Positions 39,254 through 49,417 are shown, counted from the first letter of the stretch. The stretch is DNA of 64,000 nt from Verrucomicrobiota bacterium (GCA_003164675.1 PLTX01000020.1:7580-71579), one strand, 5' to 3'. Notes: generated by a model from the letters alone, not told the origin. Translations and numbers: made by a program.

Positions 39254-40800
39254 GGTTGTTTGTGAAACACGGCGGCCACTTCGTTGGAATATGCGCAATG
39301 CCAGCCGGGCAACAGCGCCAGCGCGAGGTTGAGGCGATGATCGGCGGGCATCAGCGTCCAATCCACGTGGTACTGTTCGAGGGCCTGCTGCCAATTCGTG
39401 TGCAGAAGGGACGTATCGTCGTACTGGCGAATCAGCGATTCGCCGTAGAAATCAGTGCGGCCATCCACAAACACGCGGTGTTCGGGTAACGCGTACATCA
39501 GATAGCCGCCCCACACGTAGTAGTTGAACATGTTTCCCGTGAACAGGTCGGGGTGTTGGTGGATGTAGGCCACCGCGTCGACCGGCCATTTCTTCGCGGG
39601 GATTTCCGTCGGGTGACGAAACACCACGATCGCCACGATGGCCACCACGCCGACCAGCAACCATGCCCGTGACATCTCGTAAATGTCACGCAGCCGTCCC
39701 GACATTCCCCGCACCCACAAGGGCGCGGCGTCGGCGAGTGCGGTCGCGAGGACCGGGGCCACAAAGATGACCGCCAGCGGAATATTGCGCACGGAATAGA
39801 GAGCAAGATACGTCCACGCAATCAACAGCACCGCCGACGTCGGTGACAGGCGCGGTCGTGCCAACGCCAGCGTCAGAAACGTCAGCGCCAGCCAGGCGAG
39901 GAACCCGTGCGAATCGAACGCGTGAAAATCCGACGAGGCGTACTCAGCCAGCCAGTTCGTCAGGTAGTCCGAGCGAAGGAAGTGAAGGTTGTGGACGTGG
40001 AGATGATAGCCGCTCGGATTGAGGAGCGAGACGACTCCGCAAAGTGCGATGGCGCCGGTGAACACCTTCAGCTTTTGTCGCACGGCGCCCGATCGAGTTT
40101 GGTCGGCGCGAGCCAATACCAATTCGATCACTGAGCCGAGCCAGTAGATGCCCAGCGTGATGAAACCAGCCAGATAGCCACCATGTAGATTGACCCACAG
40201 AAGTGTCAACACCCCCAGAGTGATGAGCAGACGACGGGCGGATTCACCGTGTTCGAAGCGGCGGAGCGCGTCCGACCACAACACCGCCAACAGGAAACTG
40301 AATGCGTGTGGGCGCGCCAACCAATGCGTGCAGGCTGCCCACGCGGCGATGAATGCAACCAGGATCGCGACTGCGTGATTGCCGGTTTCCCGCGCCAAGT
40401 GACGGTGTAACAGGGCGAACGTCGTGGCGATCAACAGCGCGGTCACGACGCACAAGCCGTAGAGTCCCCACATCCGGCCCGCCAGCGCAAAGATGATTTC
40501 CGAAAGCCATTCCTTGGAGATGATCGGCTCGCCGAGGCGCGTATGTGAAAACACGTCGGCGCGGATGATGTGGCCGGTTTGCAGCATGTATTTCCCGACG
40601 CGCCAATGCATGCAGGTATCGCCATCGCTGGAGGCCATCATCGTGCGCCACGGTTGCGCGAGAAGGATTAGTAAGATAACGAGCCACAACCATTGCGTGA
40701 GTGACGGCATCAGCCACGGCAGGATGCCGCCATACGACACCGGGCCGGAGTTTGGTTGTGGACGGGTCCCTGTCTCGGGAGCATTTGCGTTCGCCGCCAT
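39250..40800 (-). CDS. Polytopic membrane protein, GT-C-like (paralog A)
   Basis: DGDTCMHWRVG, DVFSHT, KEWLSE, WVNLHGGY, FNYYVWGGYL, FVDGRTDFYG. Confidence 0.8.
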   Translation of the reverse strand: MAANANAPETGTRPQPNSGPVSYGGILPWLMPSLTQWLWLVILLILLAQPWRTMMASSDGDTCMHWRVGKYMLQTGHIIRADVFSHTRLGEPIISKEWLSEIIFALAGRMWGLYGLCVVTALLIATTFALLHRHLARETGNHAVAILVAFIAAWAACTHWLARPHAFSFLLAVLWSDALRRFEHGESARRLLITLGVLTLLWVNLHGGYLAGFITLGIYWLGSVIELVLARADQTRSGAVRQKLKVFTGAIALCGVVSLLNPSGYHLHVHNLHFLRSDYLTNWLAEYASSDFHAFDSHGFLAWLALTFLTLALARPRLSPTSAVLLIAWTYLALYSVRNIPLAVIFVAPVLATALADAAPLWVRGMSGRLRDIYEMSRAWLLVGVVAIVAIVVFRHPTEIPAKKWPVDAVAYIHQHPDLFTGNMFNYYVWGGYLMYALPEHRVFVDGRTDFYGESLIRQYDDTSLLHTNWQQALEQYHVDWTLMPADHRLNLALALLPGWHCAYSNEVAAVFHKQP

Positions 40801-40846
40801 TTGCGGCAGCTTACGGAGCCACGCCGCAATGTTCAACGTCGAACTG
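40744..40846. repeat. 103-bp direct repeat, copy 1 (promoter plus first codons)
   Basis: 9 mismatches versus 42960-43062 by manual alignment. Confidence 0.95.
40808..40836 (-). promoter_or_regulatory. Sigma-70-type promoter, probably leaderless
   Basis: TTGAAC-N17-TAAGCT, 7 nt before ATG 40800; no SD. Confidence 0.65.
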
Positions 40847-43016
40847 CGGCCGGCCGACGCAGAATCGCAATCAAGTAGAAAGCCCCGACGAGAATGACGA
40901 GCGCGCGGATCCCGGTCACAAACGACAACGATTCCAGCAATCCGCCAGCCAGTGCCCCGATGAGGTTCGAGCCGAGCGCACGGGCTTTATCCGCACACAC
41001 AGCGAAGGAGCGAATAAAGATCAGGCCCGCGAAGAACGCCGGTGCGGTCAGGAACCCGCTGGCGGCGATCAGCTTGGTCGCGCCCGTTAACGAGTTGAAC
41101 GAGTCGAGTGGCACGAGCGCCAGTACCATGACAGTGGCAGCCAGTCCGGTGATAACCACCCACTGCGGCAGGCGTGGCCAGCGCCAAGCGACGAGATTAG
41201 CCAGCAAAATTATCACCAACACGGCGGAGATGACGATGGCGTTGACCACCCATGTCATGCCGAATAACAGCGTCGCACGGCTGACGGTCTGTACTTCCAG
41301 CAATAGGAACGCCGCGCCCAGCGCGAAGAAATGCCAATCGGCTCGCGTGTTCCTTTGCAGCGCGCGACGCCCCGCCGTCATCACTGCCAAGAGAATGCAT
41401 CCCGAGACGATCAGATGCAGTTTGGGGATTTCTGCCCGCTTGAGATACAAGTACGGCCAATCATCGGTCGTGGGTCGGGTCGTGCCAGGCGGATGCAACT
41501 GGCAGGCGGTAACAAACTCGCGCAAGGCGGGGTCCTGAATCACCGTCGGTGTCACCGGGTGTTCACCGGTGACCAGGGTGACCGTTGGCAGGTGTTTCGA
41601 CGTTCCGGAAGCCAATTCTTCGGAGTAGACAAATGGATCGTGTCCGAACGCTTGCCGGAGCACGGTGAACAAACGGTCGGCGATCCACGCTCGCTGGGCC
41701 CCGAAGTCGACGACCAGCAAACCATCCGGTGCCAGCAGCCTTCTGGCTTCAGCGAAACTCTCCAACGTGTACACGTAGTGGTCGAGGCGCATGTTGTTAT
41801 ACGATGACCCAATGGTGTGGGAGTCAAGCAAGCCGAACCAAATCAGGTCATACGGTCCGGTGGATTGCTTGAGGAATGCGCGCGCGTCATTCACAATCAT
41901 GCGCACCGACGGAGAGCTGTACGGTCGCTCGGGGTGGATTCGCTGGCCGAGGGCGTAGATTTGGGGATCAATTTCGACACAGTCCACCTGGCGAGCACCG
42001 TGACGAAGAGCCGCGGCCGCATTGTTGCCGGCGCCGGCGCCGACAATCAGTATGCGGCGCGCATCCGGTTTGAAGCTGAAGGGGACATTATAGTGGTTGC
42101 GATCCAGTGGCTCCTTGGAGAACAATTCCGGGTGCGCCGCCACGAAACGGTCTGACAAATCGAGCGCGGCCTGGTAGGTGGTCCCGTTAACCTGCACGAG
42201 ATAGCCCCGCTGCACCCGATTGGTTCCAAACGTCGAGATGAGCGGTGAAATGGAAAGCTTCTGATAGGGCGACCAAATCGTGACACTGGATGAGCGTCCG
42301 CCCGCCCACATCGCCGCTGCTCCCGCGAGCGTGAGGATGACGGGTAGCCAGGGTCGCACTCGCCCCGCCAGGAGGGTCATGGTCAGCAGCGCCGTCACAA
42401 CCAGCATCCAGGCCGTCGGCGGAGTGGACGCCCAACTCAGGCCGTTAAACAGCCATGCTCCGGCGAGACTGCCTCCGATATTGATTGAGTAGGCCCGGAT
42501 CACCTGCGGGGCGTCCTGCATGGATCGCCCAAGAATCTGCCCCAACGGCACGAATATCAAGGCAAGCAGATACAAGAGAATCCCGATCAGGATGATGCCC
42601 GCCACGAAATCCAAGCCGCCCGCGCCCGCCATTTCCTGCCAGATCGGGGCGTCTTCGGAACCGCTAAACAAGTACGTCACGAACCTGAATTCGAGCGGTT
42701 CCCAATGCAGCGGGTTGGCGACAAGCGTGACCAACAGGAAGAGGTTCAATCCCATCCGCCCGAAAGACGCTGGTCGGCTGGACCAATAACACCCGAGGCC
42801 GACTCCGAAGAAGCAAACGACCAGAACCAGGTTGCCAAGGTAGGCGAAGATACGGATCTCCGTGCCGATCCAGCGGATCATGACCAGTTCCAGAAACAGA
42901 ATCAGAGCGCTGACGATGAGGATCGTCGCGTCACATCGAACAAGGGAACTGTGGAGCGCGCCGGGGTTTGGTTGTGGACGAGACTCCGTCTCGGGAACAT
43001 TTCCGTTCGCCACCAT
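40833..43016 (-). CDS. Membrane-fused spermidine-synthase-like SAM-binding protein
   Basis: N- and C-terminal TM bundles; WSPYQK, IVGAGAGNN, VEIDP, NDARAFL, YVYTLES, TDDWPYLY. Confidence 0.85.
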   Translation of the reverse strand: MVANGNVPETESRPQPNPGALHSSLVRCDATILIVSALILFLELVMIRWIGTEIRIFAYLGNLVLVVCFFGVGLGCYWSSRPASFGRMGLNLFLLVTLVANPLHWEPLEFRFVTYLFSGSEDAPIWQEMAGAGGLDFVAGIILIGILLYLLALIFVPLGQILGRSMQDAPQVIRAYSINIGGSLAGAWLFNGLSWASTPPTAWMLVVTALLTMTLLAGRVRPWLPVILTLAGAAAMWAGGRSSSVTIWSPYQKLSISPLISTFGTNRVQRGYLVQVNGTTYQAALDLSDRFVAAHPELFSKEPLDRNHYNVPFSFKPDARRILIVGAGAGNNAAAALRHGARQVDCVEIDPQIYALGQRIHPERPYSSPSVRMIVNDARAFLKQSTGPYDLIWFGLLDSHTIGSSYNNMRLDHYVYTLESFAEARRLLAPDGLLVVDFGAQRAWIADRLFTVLRQAFGHDPFVYSEELASGTSKHLPTVTLVTGEHPVTPTVIQDPALREFVTACQLHPPGTTRPTTDDWPYLYLKRAEIPKLHLIVSGCILLAVMTAGRRALQRNTRADWHFFALGAAFLLLEVQTVSRATLLFGMTWVVNAIVISAVLVIILLANLVAWRWPRLPQWVVITGLAATVMVLALVPLDSFNSLTGATKLIAASGFLTAPAFFAGLIFIRSFAVCADKARALGSNLIGALAGGLLESLSFVTGIRALVILVGAFYLIAILRRPAAVRR

Positions 43017-43062
43017 TTGCGGGAGCTTACGGAGCCACGCCGCAATGTTCAACGTCGAACTG
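42960..43062. repeat. 103-bp direct repeat, copy 2
   Basis: Same TTGAAC-N17-TAAGCT promoter (43024-43052) 7 nt before ATG 43016. Confidence 0.95.
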
Positions 43063-43104
43063 GACGGGGAGATGTGCTAATGGGGACAGCATGCGGAGCG
43101 GACG

Positions 43105-44370
43105 ATGAACTGGTGGCGGCGGCTGGCGACGTACCGAATACTCGATGTCGGGGCCGTTGCGCTTACGGTGTCGGTTCTTGTCTGGTGGTCCGTGGTACTT
43201 CCGCCGCGCTGGAATGATTACGATTTCAATCATTATTACGTCAGCGGCCGGATGCTATTGAACGGGCAGAATCCGTATACGACGTCGTTGGAGGCGGTCA
43301 GCCATGCATTGGGTTTCCACTTTGCGGCGGACCTGCCGATCGCCACCTATCCCCCGTTGTTTCTCTGGATGTTCGCAGCGTTGGCCGCGCTACCGCCTAA
43401 GGTGACGTTCGCCGCATGGGTGGCGTTGGAAATCATTTGCCTTGTGATCATCCTCTGGCTGATCCGCCGGGTGCTCGGAGAAAGATTGCCGACACGGGGT
43501 TGGCTGTTCGTGGTGGCGCTGACGATCATTTCGCGACCACTAAGCTACAACCTGTATTACTCGCAGCCACAACTACTGTTGGCGGCTTTGGTCCTGGGCG
43601 GCTACGCCGCGCACCTCACTGGTCGGCATGGATGGGCATGCGTCGCGGTGTCGGTGGCGGGAATGCTCAAACTTTATCCGTTCATCTTGCTGCCATGGTT
43701 CATATGGTCTGGCAGCGGGGGTGTGCGTGGTCGATGCCGTCGGCTGGTCGGTGTTCTGGGGCTTATCGTGGCCGTGGTCGCCGCCACTGGACCCGGCCTC
43801 TGGCGGGATTTTTTCCAGTATGGAATGCCGGCGATTACCGTGTGGGAACAGGCCGGGCGAACGTTTCACTTTTCTCTGCCGGCCTTGGTCACCGACCTGG
43901 GATACATCCATGACAATTTCAATCCGTCTGCGGTAGCCAGACAATGCTGGTGGCTTGCGGGGACCCTGACGGGTTTTGGGGTCTTCGTTGCCGCCTACCG
44001 TATGTGTGCGACATCACGGCCCGATCCGGAAGCGCAATTCTGCCTGTTATGCACCGCGATGTTGATCGGGACGGTCACGGTGCAAGGCCATTATTTTGTG
44101 TTCTTGGCATTTCCACTAACGGTCGCGGCGCTTCGCATTGCGGCAAGGCCGACCGGGGGGCAGGTCATTTACTTGATCCTGTTGCTGCTGGCTTTCAATT
44201 GTGTTGATCCGCCAAATTCGCCGTTCTTCGAAAGGCATGTGCTCTTGTATCTGCTGGCTGGCAATGTGCCACTCTATGGGCTTTTCGCATTGGCGATTTT
44301 TTTCTGGTTGGAACTGCGCGGTCATCAAGCGGCGACCCCCAGCTCAGCCATCGGATGCAACCAACGGTAG
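43105..44370 (+). CDS. GT87 (DUF2029)-like membrane glycosyltransferase 1
   Basis: DFNHYY, GQNPY, TYPP, Q, KLYP motifs; polytopic. Confidence 0.82.
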   Translation: MNWWRRLATYRILDVGAVALTVSVLVWWSVVLPPRWNDYDFNHYYVSGRMLLNGQNPYTTSLEAVSHALGFHFAADLPIATYPPLFLWMFAALAALPPKVTFAAWVALEIICLVIILWLIRRVLGERLPTRGWLFVVALTIISRPLSYNLYYSQPQLLLAALVLGGYAAHLTGRHGWACVAVSVAGMLKLYPFILLPWFIWSGSGGVRGRCRRLVGVLGLIVAVVAATGPGLWRDFFQYGMPAITVWEQAGRTFHFSLPALVTDLGYIHDNFNPSAVARQCWWLAGTLTGFGVFVAAYRMCATSRPDPEAQFCLLCTAMLIGTVTVQGHYFVFLAFPLTVAALRIAARPTGGQVIYLILLLLAFNCVDPPNSPFFERHVLLYLLAGNVPLYGLFALAIFFWLELRGHQAATPSSAIGCNQR

Positions 44371-44460
44371 CGCGGCTGTCTTCCGGTGCCGGGCTGGCGA
44401 TGTTTGGGCTGGAGGCTTCGGACAAATTCTGCTAGTGGACGGAACCGTGTGACAAAAGAG

Positions 44461-45702
44461 ATGAACAAGTTGCGGCGGCTGGCTCGGAACCGCCTGCTGG
44501 ATGCGGGGGCAGCCGTGCTCATACCATTGTTCCTCTACAAGTGGGCCGTGATTCTTCCGTCACGCTGGTCGGGCTTCGATTTCAATCACTTCTACGTAAG
44601 TGGCTGGATGTTGCTGAAGGGACAAAATCCTTACACGACCTCGGTTGAGGCGCTGAGCCATGCGATGGGGTTCGAATTTGCTACGTACCTGCCAATCGCC
44701 ACGTATCCACCAGCGTTTCTTTGGATATTTGCGGCACTGGCGGCGCTACCGCCGCGCGCGGCATTTGCCATCTGGGTGGCGCTGGAACTGATTAGTCTGG
44801 CTGCTGTCTTGTGGTTGACGTGTTGGTTGCTGGGAGAACGATTGTCGTCGCGGGGCCGGCTATTTGTGGTGGCGCTGACGGTTATGTCGCAGTGTGTGAT
44901 GTATCATCTTCTGTTCTCACAGGCACAACTGTTATTGGCCGCGCTGGTCTTGGCTGGGTACGCTGCGCAACGTGCCGGACGGCATGGTTGGGCGTGCATG
45001 GCGGTTGCCACGGCCGGGATTCTCAAATGTTATCCATTCGTCTTGCTGCCATGGTTCGTGTGGTCCGGCAACGGTGGTGCGCGCGGTCGATGTCGTCGGT
45101 TGATCGGAGTAACCGTGTTTGTCCTGGCGGGGGTTGCCTTGACGGGCTCTGCCCTCTGGCGAGATTTTCTTCGGTACGGGCTACCTCTTGCTCTTCAGGA
45201 CGAAGCCGGGAGAACATTTCACTTTTCGCTGCCGGCGCTGGTGATCAATCTCGGCTATTTGCAGTACAACCTACACCCCCCTGAGCAAGCCAGACACTGG
45301 TGGTGGATCGCCGGCACCCTGGTGAGCGTTGGAGTTCTTGCGTTTGGATATGCCGTGTGTGTGGCGTCGCGGCGTGATCCGGAAGCGCAATTCTGCCTGC
45401 TGTGCACCATGATGTTAATCGGGACGGTCGCCGTGCAAGGGCACTACTTTGTCTTTCTCGTGTTTCCACTGACGGTAATGGCAGTGCGCATCGCAGCGAA
45501 ACCCTCCCCGTCAGGGGTGATCAGTTTGATGCTGCTGGTACTGGCCTTCAATTGTCTCCAACCACCCGGTTCGGCCTTTTTCGGGGGGCATCAATTCTTG
45601 TATCTACTGGTTAGCGATCTGCCATTGTATGGGCTTCTGGCGTTGGCTGCATTCTTCTGGCGGGAGCTCGGCAACATCCAAACTGAGGCAGGCGTAGCTT
45701 GA
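44461..45702 (+). CDS. GT87 (DUF2029)-like membrane glycosyltransferase 2
   Basis: DFNHFY, GQNPY, TYPP, KCYP; close paralog of upstream gene. Confidence 0.82.
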   Translation: MNKLRRLARNRLLDAGAAVLIPLFLYKWAVILPSRWSGFDFNHFYVSGWMLLKGQNPYTTSVEALSHAMGFEFATYLPIATYPPAFLWIFAALAALPPRAAFAIWVALELISLAAVLWLTCWLLGERLSSRGRLFVVALTVMSQCVMYHLLFSQAQLLLAALVLAGYAAQRAGRHGWACMAVATAGILKCYPFVLLPWFVWSGNGGARGRCRRLIGVTVFVLAGVALTGSALWRDFLRYGLPLALQDEAGRTFHFSLPALVINLGYLQYNLHPPEQARHWWWIAGTLVSVGVLAFGYAVCVASRRDPEAQFCLLCTMMLIGTVAVQGHYFVFLVFPLTVMAVRIAAKPSPSGVISLMLLVLAFNCLQPPGSAFFGGHQFLYLLVSDLPLYGLLALAAFFWRELGNIQTEAGVA

Positions 45703-45758
45703 GTAGATTCGTAAAGAAAACCGTAATTCCAGTATAGCCTTAACGCGGTAGCTTTGTT

Positions 45759-47261
45759 ATGCGGCAGCCTGTGGAACAAGCACGAGGGACGGTTTCGCTT
45801 GGGAGTATGCAGAGGTGGATTGGCATCCTGCTGGTTGTGTTGCTGGTGTTGACCGTGTTGCGGCAGGGGCAATTGATCGTGCAGATTTGGTTCGACGGAG
45901 AGAATTCACCGACCGAAAGTGAATCATTGTTTGCCTTGAGCCGCGTGTGCGCGGGCGAGACATTGTATTTGGATTACTCACACCCGCCGCATGCGATTAC
46001 CGCGTACATGCCGTTGTTCTACTGGACGGCGGAAGCGATTGCCAAGACAGCGAGAACGTGGCGGGAAATGGTGGTCCTGGCACGGTGGAGCGTCTATGTC
46101 CATTGGCTTGGGATTGGCCTGTTGATCTTCGCCGCAGCGCGACAGATGGACTGCACAAGGCGCGTCGCGCTGCTGGCGGCGCTACTGTGGGGGAGCACCG
46201 AATTGGGATGCGAATGGGCGAATTCGTTTCGACCGGACGCCGCCGCTCTGTCTTTCTCGCTGGCGGCGTTGTGGGTTTACCAGCGCCGGCACGCGGCGCC
46301 GAACCTCACGGCCAGCATCGCGCTACTGGTGGTGGCAGCGTTGTTCAAACATACGGCACTGGCCCCATTAGTGATCATTCTGTGGGAAGAAGTCATGGAG
46401 CGACGGCTGCGACGGGCTGTGATGGCGGCAGTGGCGTGGGGCGCGTCGCTGGGGGCGGTCGTGATCGCAGCGCAGGTGATGACGGGGGGCCGGTTTGCGC
46501 TCAACGTATTCAGTGGTCTGGCTGAAGCCGGACCATGGTCATGGACGTGGGCGTTGCTGGTGACGGCGCTGGCGATGGGGGTCGCCGCGTTTTGGGGGGC
46601 AATCCTGACGTGCGTTGGGATGGCTCGGCAGCCTGGGGTCACCTTCTGGAAGCGCTACTTTATCATTAGCCTGGCGCTGGCAGTAACACGGTCGCGAATC
46701 TTTGGCGCATCAACCAATCACTATCTTGAACCGTTTGCCGCAGCATGTGTGTTAACGGGAGCGCTGGTTCAAAACCTGTTGGCGCAAGCCCCGGAAGACA
46801 TTCTGCGGTGCGCACATGTCTGCTGGCTGGCAACGGTGTTGGGACTCTCGGTCGCGCTTTCGTCCGAGCAAGGATGGAGCATATTCCAATCGCTGCGTGA
46901 TGACACGCCGTGGCAGCAATTTGTGGCGCGCCTCGGGGAATTTAATGACCCGGTGTTGTCCGAGGACCCGTACGTGACGGTGCGATCCGGACGCACACCT
47001 TACATGGTCGATGCGAACAAGTTCGCCCATATGCAGCACGATGGAAAGTTTAATGACACCGAGTTGTTGCGCAGAATCGAGAACGGCGAATTTGCCGCCA
47101 TCATCACCCGGTTCCCGATCGACGCTGATTTGCGGCCCGTGTGGGCGTTTCCCGCGCGCTGGCTGATGCCGATGCGCCACCAGTACTATCTGGATGCCAA
47201 GTATGTGGTACCGGAACGGCGCACAACCATCTATGTGTATCGACCGGAGCCGAAATTGTGA
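45759..47261 (+). CDS. GT-C (ArnT/PMT-like) membrane protein
   Basis: Acidic first loop (PTESE), YMPLFY, RPD, FKH, GASTNHYLE; start may be 45807. Confidence 0.65.
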   Translation: MRQPVEQARGTVSLGSMQRWIGILLVVLLVLTVLRQGQLIVQIWFDGENSPTESESLFALSRVCAGETLYLDYSHPPHAITAYMPLFYWTAEAIAKTARTWREMVVLARWSVYVHWLGIGLLIFAAARQMDCTRRVALLAALLWGSTELGCEWANSFRPDAAALSFSLAALWVYQRRHAAPNLTASIALLVVAALFKHTALAPLVIILWEEVMERRLRRAVMAAVAWGASLGAVVIAAQVMTGGRFALNVFSGLAEAGPWSWTWALLVTALAMGVAAFWGAILTCVGMARQPGVTFWKRYFIISLALAVTRSRIFGASTNHYLEPFAAACVLTGALVQNLLAQAPEDILRCAHVCWLATVLGLSVALSSEQGWSIFQSLRDDTPWQQFVARLGEFNDPVLSEDPYVTVRSGRTPYMVDANKFAHMQHDGKFNDTELLRRIENGEFAAIITRFPIDADLRPVWAFPARWLMPMRHQYYLDAKYVVPERRTTIYVYRPEPKL

Positions 47262-48862
47262 ACCAGAACTGCGAGAACCACCACATCGATGGAATGACCA
47301 GCGAGAGTTGGGACGTGCGGCGGCTTGCGTCGCGAGATTGGGGGATTGTAGTTGTTCTGTTTCTCATCGCGCTGGCGATGCGGCTCCCATTTCGCAGCCA
47401 CTTTGCGTACCACTGGGACAGTGCCCAGTTCGCGTTGGCGGTCCGGGAATTCGATATCCGGCTGAGCCAGCCGCACGCGCCGGGCTATTTCCTGTACGTG
47501 ATGTTGGGACGGCTCGTGAACCATTTTGTGGGCGACCCGCATGCGAGTCTGGTATGGATTAGTGTCATGTTTGGCAGCGCGTTACCATCGTTGCTTTATC
47601 TGCTGGGAACGATGATGTTCGGACGCAGGGCCGGCGCGGCCGCGGCTGCGATGGCCTTGACGAGTCCGCAAATCTGGTTTCATAGCTGCGTGGCATTGAC
47701 GTACATCGTGGACAGTTTTTTGGTCTGCGCCGTCGTGCTGGTATTGTGGTTGGCCATACAGCGTGGGGGCCGGTGGTGGGACGCTGTTGCGGTCGGGGCA
47801 CTGTTGGCGGTATTGGGCGGTGTCCGGCAACAGAGCGTGCTGGAATTGGCGCCGCTCGTTCTGTTCGGGTTTTGGCGGTTCCAACGCGCGCGGGCGGTCA
47901 AGCTGGCAATGACAGCAATTGTCGCCGGTGGGCTGGGGCTCTTGTGGTTCATGCCGATGGTACGCATGTCCGGCGGCCTGAAGGCATATCTCTCGATTGC
48001 GCGTCTCCACGCGTCGTTTAACGCGTCGGCGACCGTTTGGGGGAATGGTTGGGATGCGCTCCTGCAGAATGTGGCGAATATGACGGGATTCTGCCTAAAC
48101 GGTCTGATGTTCGCCACGGTGGTATTGGTAGCGGCGCTTCTTCATCGCGCGATTCGAATGACTGACGAACAGAAGCGCGCATGGGACAGCCAGAACGCGC
48201 TAGCGCTGCAAGTGTTGGCGATATGGATTGTCCCCATGATGGTCTTCGGGACGGTGGTCGGGTTCACGAAGCAGCCGGGCTACGTGTTGAGCTATCTGCC
48301 GGCAATGTTTTTATTGACAGCAGTCGTGGTCGCCAGTCTGAAGAAGCCCAGACACAGGTCGGCAACGATCATGGCCATTTGCATCGTGAACGTGGTTTCA
48401 TTTGTCGCCTGGCCGGCACTGTGGGACCGGGTCTTCTTCGAAATGGCGCGAACTGCTCATGAGATTGCCACCCATGACGCCGACATCTCGCGCATTGATG
48501 CGGCAATCCGAAAATCGTACCCTCCCAGCGAAATCGTCATTGGCCATGCACAGGAGTTCTATCTATACGGCATCAGAATATTCCAGCTTCACCTGCCCGA
48601 GTATGAGCAATACCAGATGGCGACGGATTCCACAGTTTTCACCCCACCAGACAAACGAATGTGGCGCGTGCGGGATGGTCGGCTCGATTTCGTGGAGAAG
48701 CCGGATCTGAAGGGTAAGAAGGGGATGCTCCTCCTTGTGCCACCTGCTGAGAAGGTCGAGATCTTCGCCCCGTACCTTTCTGCAAAAAGCATGAAAGCCG
48801 CGATAGGTGGTGAGTGTGGCCTTTATTTCATTCCATCAGCAGAAGTCGAGATCCGACGCTAA
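47258..48862 (+). CDS. GT-C (DUF2723/PMT-like) membrane protein
   Basis: WDSAQFA, QPHAPGYFLY, GGVRQ, GYVLSYLP; start 47258 or 47294. Confidence 0.75.
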   Translation: MNQNCENHHIDGMTSESWDVRRLASRDWGIVVVLFLIALAMRLPFRSHFAYHWDSAQFALAVREFDIRLSQPHAPGYFLYVMLGRLVNHFVGDPHASLVWISVMFGSALPSLLYLLGTMMFGRRAGAAAAAMALTSPQIWFHSCVALTYIVDSFLVCAVVLVLWLAIQRGGRWWDAVAVGALLAVLGGVRQQSVLELAPLVLFGFWRFQRARAVKLAMTAIVAGGLGLLWFMPMVRMSGGLKAYLSIARLHASFNASATVWGNGWDALLQNVANMTGFCLNGLMFATVVLVAALLHRAIRMTDEQKRAWDSQNALALQVLAIWIVPMMVFGTVVGFTKQPGYVLSYLPAMFLLTAVVVASLKKPRHRSATIMAICIVNVVSFVAWPALWDRVFFEMARTAHEIATHDADISRIDAAIRKSYPPSEIVIGHAQEFYLYGIRIFQLHLPEYEQYQMATDSTVFTPPDKRMWRVRDGRLDFVEKPDLKGKKGMLLLVPPAEKVEIFAPYLSAKSMKAAIGGECGLYFIPSAEVEIRR

Positions 48863-48935
48863 CCTACAGCTGTTTGCGCGGGAGGGACGTGAATTCGCGT
48901 GTGTGAGAACGAGGAGACAAGACGTTTAAGAAAAA

Positions 48936-48983
48936 TGTCCAGAAACTGAACACTCTGTCGTGACATGTTCAGACCATTGGTCA
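48936..48983. promoter_or_regulatory. Putative enhancer sites for a sigma-54 activator
   Basis: TGTCCAG-AAA-CTGAACA inverted repeat plus a second TGTTCAG half-site, about 150-190 bp upstream of the sigma-54 site. Confidence 0.45.
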
Positions 48984-49126
48984 GGAATGCGAATTCACCA
49001 GAATATCCATTTAGTTTGCACCTGATGGATGGTAATTACCACGTGTATCTTAACATATTGACGAACAAGATATTGCATAAATATCCACGCGCATCTCTTC
49101 TGCGCAGTCTCGCGCTACCAAGTCCG

Positions 49127-49142
49127 TGGCACGCATGCTGCT
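49127..49142 (+). promoter_or_regulatory. Putative sigma-54 promoter of flp
   Basis: TGGCACGCATGCTGCT (GG-N10-GC). Confidence 0.65.
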
Positions 49143-49217
49143 GGCATAAATGGGCGTAAACGCAAGTCTGTCGGGTCGGTAGATGAAGAAGAGAATCAGA
49201 TGAAGGAGGTGAATGTG

Positions 49218-49391
49218 ATGAAGAATACTCTCCGAAAACTGTACGTCGGTTTGAAGTCGCGCAAGGGCCAGAGCTTGGTTGAATACGCGCTGATTCTGGC
49301 GCTCATTGCTGTCGTGGCGGTGTTGGTGCTGAGGGGCCTCGGTGCCCACATCAATAACACGCTGTCAACTGTGAATGCGAACTTGCCGTAA
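49218..49391 (+). CDS. flp: Flp family type IVb pilin
   Basis: KG|QSLVEYALILALIA; AAGGAGGT SD. Confidence 0.95.
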   Translation: MKNTLRKLYVGLKSRKGQSLVEYALILALIAVVAVLVLRGLGAHINNTLSTVNANLP

Positions 49392-49417
49392 CTTGGCAAC
49401 TAAAACATGCCCAAGAT

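Noticed and set aside
40801-40836. Identical N-terminal peptide MNIAAWLRKLPQ on two ORFs in the track
   Set aside because: The TTG start is the -35 box of the duplicated promoter; the real starts are more likely ATG 40800 and 43016.
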